DNA from: Amphiscolops sp. MND2022
Lineage: Eukaryota
Reading direction: 5' to 3'
DNA length: 64,000 bases
Assembly: GCA_964187785.1 (NCBI GenBank)
Contig: OZ076409.1
Coordinates: 8,496,001-8,560,000 of the forward strand
The translations under genes and the position numbers were made by a program. A model generated the notes under the pieces. That model did no database searches, was not told the DNA's origin, and saw nothing but the letters and a program-made list of their open reading frames with translations. Below, piece after piece: positions 50,897 to 62,401 of the stretch. How positions within the stretch are numbered: position 1 is the stretch's first letter; every line of letters starts with the position of its first letter.

Positions 50897-51388
50897 ATAC
50901 CTGCCACTTTCCCAGTAGAGCAGTCATAAAAAAAAAACAACTAACAAGCTACTCAAACCAGCCATCATCCCAGTAGACCGGTAGAATTTTTTTAAAGCTG
51001 CAACGATATAGAGGTTAAAAAATTAAGCTATATGTAATAAATTTCTTCGAACGGATCTTTGTCGCTCACAGTTCCCAGAACACAGGCCGCATTGCCGATC
51101 TGAAGAGCCATTGAAATCCGTTGCTTCAAAAAGCTGCCAGCTCGTTGATCGTCGGGCGAACGACAGAGCATTTTACAGAGACGCGTGATGAAAGTTTCAC
51201 TGCTCTCGCCTAAATAACCCTGTACTTCCAAGGCCACCGGTTGAAAAATGTATCCATTGTCTATTAGTTCGCGATACTTCTCATTTTTTCGCGCTTCAGC
51301 TTCGGCGGCGCTGGTTCCCGGGTTGCATGAAGAGCCTTGATTCAGGCGACTGGGTGCAAGAGCATCCACAACTGTGATATCCCACACC

Positions 51389-51941
51389 GGTAAATGGTCA
51401 CTTGGCTTAATGCCATTTGGCTTAAAGTCATTTGGCTTAATACAATTGGTCACTTGGCTTAATTTTTTTAAGCTAAGTGTCTCGGGTATTGGTCACTTGG
51501 CTTAAAGTCATTTGACTTAAAACCACTTAGTTAAAAACATGTGGCAGATTTTGTCGAATTTATCTTTATAACGTAGTCAGCGTACTATTATAACATGTCA
51601 TATCAAGTACCCCTCGGATATGTCCCCATTTCCTCTAGTGCCCTGCGGCCCCTTGGGGCCGCTTATATTCCCATCTTGCTAAGCGAGGTCGAACAGGAGC
51701 AAAGACCTAGCGGGAACGAAGATCGCGAAGCGATCGTAGTGGGAGCTGGTCTTTGCGACGGTGAGGGCGAGCGTGCATACACCGCATATGCCCCACATTA
51801 TGATATTTTCGTTGACATTTTTATTCCTCGAGTTGGAATGGAGTTGGCTTAATTTTGTGGTCACTTGGCTTAAAATTTTTAAGCCAAATGACTCGACGAA
51901 AAAATTAAGCCAAATGGTATTAAGCCAAGTGACTGGTAACC
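51389..51941. mobile_element. Same MITE, copy 3, an independent insertion into the CRE-like ORF
   Basis: CCCACACC duplicated on both sides; splits the codons for VW. Confidence 0.87.
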
Positions 51942-51984
51942 CCCCACACCAGCTGTTTACCCATTTCCCAAGGAATCATGGTAA

Positions 51985-52328
51985 GGGTGGCTGTAAATAG
52001 GTCGAATTTTTCTGGTCGAAAGGACAGAGGTCGAACCTTTTGATGGAATTGCAGGGATCGAATGGAATGCGGTCGAATTTTATCGTATTTGTTGTATGGC
52101 TCGGTCGCTTCGCTCCCTTCGACAAGTAGCAACATTGAGGCATGGTCATATATAACGTCCCTCCGCTTCGCTCCTGCTTTCAGGGCACTAGGGGTATGTG
52201 AACATATCTGACTACGTTATAAAAATTTCGATCGGGTTGTTTCGATCCCATTCAAAAAATTTGGTATGTCGACCTGTGGACTAACTCTGATTTTCGATCC
52301 CATTCCTTCGACCAACTTCCGCCCACCC
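51985..52328. mobile_element. Mutator-like foldback MITE with GGTCGAA/TTCGACC arrays
   Basis: GGGTGG...CCACCC ends; perfect 9-bp TSD TCATGGTAA (51976-51984, 52329-52337). Confidence 0.88.
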
Positions 52329-53154
52329 TCATGGTAACACCGTCTGGGCGTTTGCCATCAGTTCGCTACAGTCCACGCGGTTCGAGCATTGAAGGCAAGT
52401 CGAGAGATCCCAACGTCTGCTTTATGAGAGAATTGAGAGTAGACGTGAGAAGCGACCAGCACTCTTGGTGCAAGAAAGACCATGTAAACCGTCCCGTTCA
52501 ACTTTTTTACCACAGTGGCACGTATGCGCAACACAGATGTTGGCTCCGTGACGCAAACCAATTGAAATTCTAAGCTGCTGATCATCAAGTTCCAGGCCTA
52601 GGTTCTTGCAAGGAACGACGTTCAATTTTCTTATCTAATTGATCGTAACTAATCTTTATGCTCGCTGCCTTGATCTTGGACCTTATGAATTCTGTTTGTC
52701 TGATGTGAATTTCGGTTTGTTTTGTTTCCTAGTTTTGCTTTGTCCTTGTCGCCCCGTGCTGGGGGCACATGATGTTATCTTTTTTGAATAGATCTGATGT
52801 TTCCATACGACCTGACACTATATTTCCCATCATCAGAATTCTAAAATTTGCTTTTTTTGCTTCTATCAGATATCATGGATCTTCGACATTAATCAAGTGC
52901 CATGTGTATCATCATGTTGGGGGAAGACATACAATTTTGGTAAATCCCCGAAATTTTTGTTGGAGCATTCTATTTCGTTTCAAACTAATTGATTTTCAGT
53001 AGGGACATGCACGACAATCTGGTCGGATTGGCTCTTCAGTATGCCATTTAATATGCATGTTTCCACTGGAAACGACCTGAAACGATACACATGAACCTAA
53101 TTGAACAAAAGCTTTCTTTAACCTACGTTGTGAGCTGTAATTTGAGGTGATGTC

Positions 53155-54416
53155 ATGACAGATCTCATTGGTGGCTGCCTTGCTGGTTGGTTAGCTTTTT
53201 CGGTAAACAAGTTTTAGAGTGCTGTATTGCTAATGACTCCTTATACTTTTATAGGGGCTGTTGGTGTTATTGCCTGTCATCCATTTGACGTCGTCAAGGT
53301 TTGTTCCTTTTTCAAGATTCAAAGTGGCTTCGAAGTATTATTTGTGTTTCCATCGTTTTTGTTAATTTTTCTCGTGGTCTAAATTAAGTTCTCAAGTGAG
53401 TTTTATTTTCGTTCAGTCTTTATTGCTGGGCCTGACGTGAAATAATCACAAAATCATTGAAATTTTCATGGTAAGTCCAGGTTTCATACATTAGAAGATG
53501 CAGAGCGTTTCAGGTTCGAATCCAGTCTCTGACAAAACATGAAACCGGAATGCTGAAGCATATCGTGAAAATCGTCAAGACAGAATCCGTAAGATTGTTG
53601 ATTTAATGTCTCAGTTTATCTCCAGACTGACTAAATTGAAAATACTTTTTTACACTAGGTTTCGGGCCTTTTCAAGGGAATGGCATCGCCTCTAGTGGGT
53701 AATACCTTAGTTTATGGAATCCTTTTCGGTTTGAACGAAGCTATTCTCAGTCATCCCGTGTTCGACCCAACTAATTTATATCATCACGGGATTAGTGGCT
53801 TCATATCAGGAGCTGCTCAGAGCTTCATCGGTGCCCCCATGGAGCTGACTAAAATTCGTCTGCAGGTCAGTTTTCGGCAGTGAATCAATTTGATGAATTA
53901 AATCATCTAAATTTTCTCATCTTGTAGATGCAAGGCATTGGCGTCAATCATTGGAAAGTTCGGCATTATGAGACTAAGTATCGCAATTCTTTGACATGTT
54001 TTGTCACCATTGCGAAAGAAGTTGGATGGAAAGGTCTTTTCAGAGGACTTCCTATAACAATGGCAAGAGATGCGCCTTCATTTTCTCTTTACATGGTTCT
54101 GTATGAATATCTCTGCCGTCTTTCGCTACGTGGTGAGGCGGACAGGAAGGATTTCAATGTTTTATATGCTCCTTTCTTCGGTGCTTTTTGTGGGTGCATT
54201 GGCTGGACTGTAATTTATCCTCTAGATACGATAAAAACCGATTTCCAAGCTAAACCATCTTATGTTTCTTACCGGCAAGTTTATTTCAAACACTTGGAGC
54301 TTCGCGGATTTCGAGGCTTCTATGACGGCCTTTATGCTTGTATCGTGCGCAGTATTTTTCAAACGAGTGCAATGTTTTTCACTCTAGAACTAGTAAGGAA
54401 AGTTGCACAGCCTTAG
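53155..54416 (+). CDS. SLC25 mitochondrial carrier, most like the basic amino acid/carnitine carrier group (SLC25A29/45/48-like), about 281 aa; exons 53155-53185, 53255-53298, 53514-53588, 53659-53865, 53928-54416
   Basis: Three PxD/ExxK signatures (HPFDVVK, APMELTK, YPLDTIK); GLFKGM, GLFRGL, GFYDGL; GT-AG introns with consistent phases; start codon less certain. Confidence 0.9.
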
Positions 54417-55384
54417 ATGAGATATTGAGCTAATTGTTTTGTGCTAATATGGTGCTATTCAGGAAATAATATCTTCAATTCTTTGTATATTTGCTTATTT
54501 GTAGCTAGAAGTTCTAATGAGCTTTATCGACAGTTATTCATTTAAATTACTCACTTTTGAATGACTTCTACAGAACAAGTAATTTACAGTAGTGATTCTT
54601 GCTCTCAAATATCTATGAATATTAAATTTGTTCACTATCAGTGCCTCCGTTTAGATTACTTGAAACCTTTCGACTTTTTATACCTTTTCCGGAATTGATT
54701 TTTGTAGTATTTGATGCTATTCGCCATTTTATTCAAGGGTTTTATTTGTAGAAAAATTCTGTTTCGATGATTTCTCATTTGTATATATTGATGATTTGAG
54801 AAAAATTTATTGAACATATTTTTTCACGAGTTTAGTCATTTGGAACCTAGTTTCAAAAGCTCTACAGTTTCAAAAATCACGTTTGAAGATTTTCCTTCCC
54901 ATTTTGGCGTATTTTTCCTCTTTCCACTCTACTTTATACCAGAGTTTTGACACCGCTAATGAGCGAATTAGCTGCTGTGCAGAATTTTTTCAGTGTTTCT
55001 ATTAGCGATTCAAATTAGCGGCAACTAATAGCATGTCCAAATACACAGAGTTTCAAAATGAATTTCGAAAAAACACAACTTCTCGAAAAACCCACACAGT
55101 ATAAAAAAATTGTAGCTTTTTTCTTGTAAGATTTGAATTAAGTTATCGTCTACATTTATTGAAACATTCTTGAATTCAATATTAAACACTTTGAAATTTT
55201 CGAGCGAAATAACGATTTTGAAATTAGCGATATTGCGATCATATGAAAAAGGATCGTTTGCATTGGAACTTGCAAAAGGGCGCTAATTAAAAGACATGGC
55301 CCGTGTCAAATAGAGTGCCTGTGAGTAGACAGGAGTGGATGGCTTCGATTAGGGTTGTAAAAAATATATTTGTAATTAAATATA

Positions 55385-56535
55385 CAGTGCATGAACAAAA
55401 ATTTACGGCATGCTAGTTAAATGTATAAAATTTCTAGGAAGCGTGAAAAAAACTTACTTCCGTTCACTGTTAAAACATTATTACGTTTAAAATGGTTAAA
55501 AGAACATCTCAAGAACGCCTTAAGGTCGTTATTGTTCGATATTTGGGCCTTTCGTGGGAGAAAATTCGAGAGAAGATGCGTTTTTCAATCAAATCACCGG
55601 CTCAAACAATCTATAAAACTACCTGAAAAATGGCAGTGTAGACGACGCAAAAAGGAGTGGTAGACCTCCGAAAGTGATACAAAAGGATCAAAATTGGCTG
55701 CGAAGATTTGTTAAAAAGAACAACAAGGCATCGGCAGAAAAACTTCGTGTTCTATTCAACAGTATCAGCATGAAAACTGTATCTACAAAGACAATTCGAC
55801 GAAATTTGCACAAAATGGACCTTGTAGGCCGTGCCGCTGCGAAGAAGCTTCGAATGAGAGCGGAAACCCGTAGTAATCGACTGCTCTGAGCAAAGCAGAG
55901 ACGTAATAGGACCGTGGAGGAGTGGAAAACCTTGTTTTTAGCGACGAATGCAAGTTTTTATTGAAGAGTGATGGACGAGTCTGTCTGGAGGACCACTGGT
56001 ACTCGGTTTAAGCCAGAGAACACAATGGAAAAGACAACGTCGCGATTTTCAATGATGTTTTGGGGCTGCATAAGTGGCAATGGGTCTCGAGTATTGTTGA
56101 AGACCCCAAAAAGATGCAAGAGTGCAGACTATATTGATCTGCTGAAGACGGCCGGAACCGACACGTTGGGCGAGGACCAGTTTTTCATGGATGACAACTG
56201 TCCCATCCATCGATCGAGGGAAGTTAAGCAGTGGCTTCATGACAATGGTATTGCGAAAGAGTTCTGGCCCCCATACAGACCAGATTTCAACCCCATAGAA
56301 AATGTTTGGGCCCAAATGAAGAGGGAACTCAAAGCAATGCACCTCACCCCGGTCACCCTCGAAGAAGCAGTTTATTCTGTTTGGAATAATCTTAAGGACT
56401 CTTTCATCGAAAAACTTTATTCTATGCCCAATCGTATTTCACAATGTATTAGAAACTCTGGTTTTTCAATAAAATACTAGATATGCGTCTGTTTAAAAAT
56501 TCAACAGGTGGCCGTGAACTTTTGTCCATGCACTG
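55385..56535 (+). mobile_element. Tc1/mariner DNA transposon (DD34E) with degenerate transposase (about 55492-56480)
   Basis: TA-flanked TIRs CAGTGCATG(A/G)ACAAAA; FSDECKF, MDDNCPIH, PDFNPIENVW; 34 residues between D and E; frameshifts and stops. Confidence 0.93.
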
Positions 56536-57076
56536 TATTTATATTTTTAAATAAGTATACTTGTTTTTTGAGTGAAACGAATAAAAAACATTATTTTTAC
56601 TGTTAAATAATTCTCTACACTTGCGATAAGCAACTGTTATGGGAAAGTTTTTTTCCTCAATTTTCTGTTTTTTTTTTGAAAAGCTTCCCAATGAGAAAGA
56701 TGTTTTTTGCTGTTTTCAGTCGGGGAAGAATGGTTTTCGAGATTTATGCGTATCCCTTCAAGTATTTTTGGCGCTATAAAATTGATGTCCTTTTACCCTT
56801 GATTCTCCGTATGATATTGCTTATATGGTTTTCTTCAAAAGTTCGCAAGTGCTTTCGAAGCACGGCATCGCCACTGTGTTAAATTTGCAATGGATTCCTG
56901 GCACTTCTAATATTGTAGAGCGTCTCTTAAGTCGTGCAAAGGTGACAGTTGACGATCGAATGAGTGTTGGCAATGCATTTCGAACAAGTCTTCCTATTTG
57001 CTAACAGACGTTTGTTTATGAAACATTAAAATGTTGATAACGTTGTTGCTAAAAATGGATAAATATATTTTTTATA

Positions 57077-57493
57077 CAGGTGAACCCGCTTATCACGAAC
57101 CGCTCGGTGGAAAGAAGAAGTTCGTTATAGAAGAAATTCGCTATAAACAAACCAAAAAAAGTGGCAAAACACTCAATTATTAGCGTTTTTCAAAACGACG
57201 AATCGAAGCTTGATTTTTTTTTGCATTTTAGACTTTTTGAGCAACTTATTTCGCAAAATTTCGATTTCTTTTAAAATTAAACCACGGCTGTGAAGAGAAA
57301 AGCCTAAATAGGTTGCTCGTAGTAACATGTATAGTGCAAAAATCGTGTATTTCTTGGAAATCAAGTTCGTTATAAGAGAATCCAATTCGTTATTAGCGTG
57401 ATAAGTTATGAAGTAAAAACGGCGTGCAGCGAAATCAGTTCGTTATAAAAGGAAATTCGTTGTAAGCGGATTCGTTATAAGCGGGCTCATCTG
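57077..57493. mobile_element. pogo-like MITE with TTCGTTATA repeats
   Basis: TA-CAG(G/A)TGA(A/G)CCCGCTTAT TIRs. Confidence 0.82.
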
Positions 57494-57630
57494 TACTGAA
57501 AATACCTATTTTTTAAGGGAGTCATATTCATTAAAGAGCCTCCTTGCAGTGTAGTTGTCATGATTTGGTTTTCGTTTTCAGTTGGGATTGTTTCATTCAT
57601 TCATACCAGTTACCAACAACTGGTATCCCC

Positions 57631-57776
57631 ATGGAAGACGTGTCAAGTTGGAGACCTTTCTCAGAGAGGCTAGACACGTCAAAACAGAAGAATGATTTTT
57701 TGTCTCTCGGCTACATTCGCATCGAGAATTTTCTGTCACCGCAAGAAGTTGAAGTTATTGCCAACAATTTGCAAAG
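57631..57776 (+). CDS. PhyH-family dioxygenase exon 1 (MEDVSSW...FLSLGYIRIENFLSPQEV...LQ)
   Basis: F..GY..IENFLS.EV N-terminal PhyH pattern; AG/GTctgt donor; start uncertain. Confidence 0.75.
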
Positions 57777-58150
57777 GTCTGTCAATACCATCTAGTCTTC
57801 TTGATACAGGAAATGAATTATAACTAATCGCTTGAAAGCTGCTCTGAGTAGTTGCAATAAGTTCAATGTTTGACCTCATAGAACCCTCATAGACCTTCAT
57901 GAGGATTTGTATGCACATCATTATGTGCCTCTCACATAGAACTCTAATCATTTCAAAAGTTCCAATACATGCTTTACCTGTGCAAGTACTGTGTTACGCA
58001 AACCTCATATTTTACTGTCATATTGAAATTTGGCTGAAAGCATTTTTATTGCGCCACCTGGATTAACGAAAGACCTTTCCTTTGGTCCTTTGACATATGC
58101 CCCCAGATTAAGTTTCCTGTATCTCAAAAATCATCACCTTCGATAGGGTG

Positions 58151-58503
58151 GTTTTAGTCAGCGCTTTTTTTTAAGAAAAAAACGTCCGACTCTCACCGTG
58201 GCAAGTTTACGTTTAGAAGATGATGATTTCCACTCGGAAAGGTTCATTTTACAATCTACGCTAAGTACTTACAGGGTCCGAAGGGTCCTCCATTTCAGTT
58301 TTCCGCAATTTTGCATGGCCTATAAAATAAATAACTTTACTTTTTAACTTTTCGGTTAGAAAAACCTTCCATGCTCAAATGGTATTTTTTACTCTGAAAT
58401 TTTTCGGGAGTTTCATGAAAACAGCTTTTCAACATATTCGTTCGAAAGACTGCAACTTTTGAGCCCAAAGCGGGCGCCGACTTAAGACGTTCCCATCTGG
58501 TTT
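58151..58503 (+). mobile_element. Older HINE copy
   Basis: Degenerate termini. Confidence 0.6.
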
Positions 58504-59252
58504 AATATTTCCTGTAACGATTTGATTTTTTTTCTGAACCTGATATCTTCACAAAATGGTTTCTCGTGTCGACTAGTCTAACTCTTAGCAGATAAAGTTA
58601 GAGGAGACACTTTTATGGACAAAATGTTTACTAATTGATCACCCGCTGAGAATATTTAAAGAAAGGTTCGGTTCGATCACTACTCAAATTATCGAGTGCA
58701 TATAAACGTTTTTTTTTCGTAATGTTTTCCACAAATAAGAGTCAGGAACTTTTTTCACAACATACAGAAAGATTGTCTTGAAACAAATACTGCTGTTTTT
58801 AAATTAGTTAGTTTTTTTTGCGGTGTTATGCGACTTTTTTCTGGTTTTTTTTCTCAACGGATCCCCATTCGTTTTTTGCAAACAAAGCATTTTGCGAGTA
58901 TAGAGAGTTCCTTAGGGTTTTCGGCACTATGCGACTTTTCGAAAAAGAATTAGAGGAAAAATTGCAAGAAGTGTGGTAATGACTTGGTGAACAATGCTGA
59001 ACGAATGGAAATACATTGGAATACTTGTTCAAAGTGGAGTAGTTCAAAGGGTGTTGAAGAAGTAGGATGTTGAAGAGTCGGAAAAAATTGGACTTCTTTC
59101 GATTTTCTCAAAGACTGTCCATACGATTCGAAGGAATTTTTCAAGTCATTCTACACCATATTAGGATAGTATGTGTGCAATGGCATCAAAATCGTATGAC
59201 CGTTGTTTGAGAAACATAGCCAAATATAGTTCGAAAATGACAAATGACAATG

Positions 59253-59707
59253 TTTTTAGCCGGCGCTTTTATTAATGAAAGAGCCCGACTATTAGAATCA
59301 CTCGTTTTTTCCTTTTTTAAGACAGACTCGGAGCGACGAACGTTAACGTTCAACTAAAGGAAACTAAACGAATACCCGGGAAACGCATCTAATTTATTTC
59401 AAGGGGTCCCCCTTTGGTTTTTTACTTTTTAAACGTAACCTACAAAACCGGACGGGACTAAAGGCTCCCCCTTTCGATTTTTTTCGGCACTGTGCGACTT
59501 TTTTTCGAAAATTTTTTGTCTTCAAAGAGTCCCCCCTTTGGTTTTTTACTTTTTAAGCGTAGCCTACAAAACCGGATGAGTGTAAGGGGTCCCCTTTTCA
59601 GTTTTTTCGGCACTGTGCGACTTTTTCTTCAAATTGTTTTTTGTCTCCAAAGGGTCCCCCTTCGATTTTATTTGAGCCTTAGATATAGCGCCAACTTGAG
59701 ACTTGTT
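59253..59707 (+). mobile_element. HINE copy with internal duplication
   Basis: Conserved termini. Confidence 0.7.
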
Positions 59708-59854
59708 AAAAATATTTTTTCTGAACAGCTTAACAGCCCCGTTGAACATTGTGATCAAGGATCGGCTTGAAACTAATTTGAACGTGGTAGTAGCACTTTC
59801 TTCAACCTTTGCGTTTCATAGATTTATATAAATGTGGTGTGGCCAATGTTTCAG

Positions 59855-59972
59855 GTATCGGCTAGACGTCATTCCCAGTGTGCCTGGCGAAAAAGTGTTC
59901 TATGAAGACAAGAACAAGCCAGAATCTATCATTCGTCTAGAGCAGATGCATAAGTTCGACCCTTTCTTTGAT
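59855..59972 (+). CDS. PhyH-family dioxygenase exon 2 (YRLDVIPSVPGEKVFYEDKNKPESIIRLEQMHKFDPFFD)
   Basis: tttcAG/GTtggt, phase 2-0. Confidence 0.75.
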
Positions 59973-60347
59973 GTTGGTCATTTTACATGTCAAATTAACC
60001 CTAATTAACATGGGGGCGCTTTTGCGAGTTTTCGAAAATGTCGGATTTTTTGAATCGTTAATATCTCCCCAACTACGCATACCAGAGAAATGATTTATAG
60101 CGTGTTTGAAAGGTCTGCTACTGGGCTTTCATTTTTGTTGAGTGAGGCCCTGTCGCCACGCGCACCACTCGTCACAGATTTAGTTTTCTGGTATGTCTGC
60201 TTGTAGTAAAAACAGGATATCATTTGGTTTTGTTGCACAAGGTCTTGTTGTGGAAGGGTATTTGGTTGCTTTTCTTCATGGGTTAAGTTCTTTTGACAAA
60301 ATTAGATTTGCCAAAAAAAGGAATTCTGGAAAAGTTCACCTTTTTTG

Positions 60348-60811
60348 CGGTTGGTTGACAATCCGTCCCAAGCGACGATTCGTCCCAAATTCCAAAAAGT
60401 AACAGTTCGTCCCAAGCTGCAGTTCGTTCCATTTTGAAAAGGCGACAATTCGTCCCAAATTGTTAAATTACTCAGCTAATTAACAACCTTTTCAAGATTG
60501 AAATTAAAGAACAATACGTCCTAAAAGTAGAAATGATTGAGTATTGCATTTTACGTACTAGTCTTGAAATACTGACGATTGTGAAAGAAGATTATCCAGT
60601 TTGCCAAAATGAGGTCCTATCAAGTGGTGTTAATTGTTGGTACCTGCCTCTAAAAGTAATCTTTCCGAATTCAATATTACAAAAGTATAAATTGTCAACT
60701 GAATTGGGTACGAATTGCAGCTTTTAATAATTGGGACGAATTGTCGCCTTTCCACAATGGGACGAATTGAATTGTCGCTTTTACGAATTTGGGACGAGTT
60801 GTCGCTTTACG
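60348..60811. mobile_element. Foldback MITE with TTCGTCCCA/TGGGACGAA arrays, in a PhyH intron
   Basis: Inverted arrays of a short motif at the two ends. Confidence 0.7.
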
Positions 60812-60819
60812 TTTTTTTG

Positions 60820-61087
60820 CACATGACGAAGTCAATGTGCATTGCAGTCCAGCTAAGTAAGTTTTTTTTCCACTATAGTCAACTTCATAATGAGCGAGCG
60901 CCTTTTAGAAAAAAGCCAAAAACCCCCGAGAGATTCGAACCTGCAGCCTCCCGATTGCACGGCATAAGTGTTGACCACTGTGCCATAGAGACGTCATTGA
61001 ACAAAGTTGAACTGTTGAATATATACGCATGCGATTAAAATAGTATATATATACGCATTTTAAAATAATCGATGTCTTCGTCATGTG
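60820..61087. mobile_element. CACTA/CMC-like MITE carrying a tRNA-like segment
   Basis: Perfect 12-bp TIR CACATGACGAAG; 3-bp TSD TTG. Confidence 0.7.
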
Positions 61088-61149
61088 TTGCGAAGCACGG
61101 CTTCGCCTCTGTGTTACAAGACAAACCGATTTTCAATGAATTGTTGCAG

Positions 61150-61298
61150 GAACTAGCGAAGTGCGCAGTGTTCAATGGTCTCATCGACGAGCTAATCGGA
61201 GAGCCTTGTGTGCCCGACAATGTGCAGTGGTTCTCGAAGCCTCCCGGGGCAAAAGCCACCCCTCCCCACCAGGACGGCAAATATTTCATGCATGACAG
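61150..61298 (+). CDS. PhyH-family dioxygenase exon 3 with the Fe-binding HxD (FSKPPGAKATPPHQDG)
   Basis: gcAG acceptor; KPP...TPPHQD motif; the 3' boundary needs a GC donor. Confidence 0.85.
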
Positions 61299-61610
61299 GC
61301 TGGTGGTGCTCATTAATTAACCTCACTTGAGTGAGACTAACTTTGTTAAAAAGAATCAAAATTTACTTTTTTTTCCTTTTTCAGGCAAGGCTGGCATTGT
61401 TTTCAAGAGCTGTTTTAAATAAGGGGTTTTCACATTTATTTTCACGGGACCGTTACTGACACTGCAAGGAGGCTCTGCAGCTTGCAGCGTTTCGACACCT
61501 TCCACACCATTTTGACAAGCCCCCTCTGTAACCTGGGCCATACATACGTAGACCATTACCTTTTTGGTTTCGAGGCGCACGGTCCATTTATTATGGTTTA
61601 AATAAGGGGT

Positions 61611-62151
61611 AACAAGACGGGAACGTCCCAAGTCGGCGCCATATCTTAGGCTCAAAAATATTCAAGGAACAGCTATTGGAAATTTTTGGAAATTTTTTTT
61701 TCGAAAAAATTATTTTTGATTTTTTTTTCGAAAAAAGTATTTTTTTTAGAAAATCGCACAATGCCACAAAAACTCAAAAAGAGGCCATTCAGGCTCATTG
61801 AACGTTTTTACAAACCGAAAACTTCAAAAAAATGCAATTGATAGAATCCGAAAATTTTCGAAAAAAAAGTCGCATAGTGCCGAAAAAAAACGAAAAAAAT
61901 CAAACGAAACGAAACAAAGCTTTGGTCTCGCATCTACTTTTGGAAACATAAAAAATTTGTGGTTTAGTGCGAGAATCGAACCCACGATCTCCTGCTTTTC
62001 AGAAAATTAGTTGAACAAATGTGAACAAATGTGAACAAAGATTGTAAGAAAAGTGGACCACTCAGAGTGAGATTGTCAACTGAAAAAAAAAAAAACTACT
62101 CACTGTAAGAGTCGGGCTTTTTTCCTTAAGGGAAAAGGCGCCGACTAAAAA
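61611..62151 (-). mobile_element. HINE copy of the subfamily carrying a tRNA-like B box
   Basis: Conserved termini; close to 20647-21100. Confidence 0.75.
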
Positions 62152-62401
62152 CATAAGGGGTTTCAAATTGCATTGATACAAATGTTTTCCATTTTATTTT
62201 TTTTGCACTACAGTTTTATACCAACCTTATGTCTTCTGTTATTGATGATAATTTTAGTGATTACTGCGTGTCAAGTGTTTTACTTCCTTTCTGATTTTAT
62301 TTGAAATGCCCCGTTATTTTACATTCCTTTGAAAAAAAATGTATTTTTCAAAAAAAAACTATAAAACATGAAAAAATGTTCAGATCGCAACATTGTTTCA
62401 G

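Larger units (their letters stand above)
43192..51034. repeat. Segmental direct duplication: 43192-44381 repeated at 49903-51034
   Basis: Near-identical sequence with scattered substitutions and a deletion of about 70 bp near 50510; duplicated ORFs in the track. Confidence 0.93.
50986..52625 (-). mobile_element. 5'-truncated CRE-like non-LTR retrotransposon (CCHC knuckle plus restriction-like endonuclease), interrupted by two MITEs
   Basis: CHCG..GLHGLSC, DGKRPDG..IPW..GKQLVWDITV, EARKNEKY, FQPVALE, QIGNAACV; the IPW/VWD frame rejoins when the MITEs are removed; also one stop and one frameshift. Confidence 0.82.

Noticed and set aside
52790..52930. Similarity to 43540-43650 and 50250-50360 as duplicated exons
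   Set aside because: No clean splice sites or conserved frame; probably an old repeat fragment.
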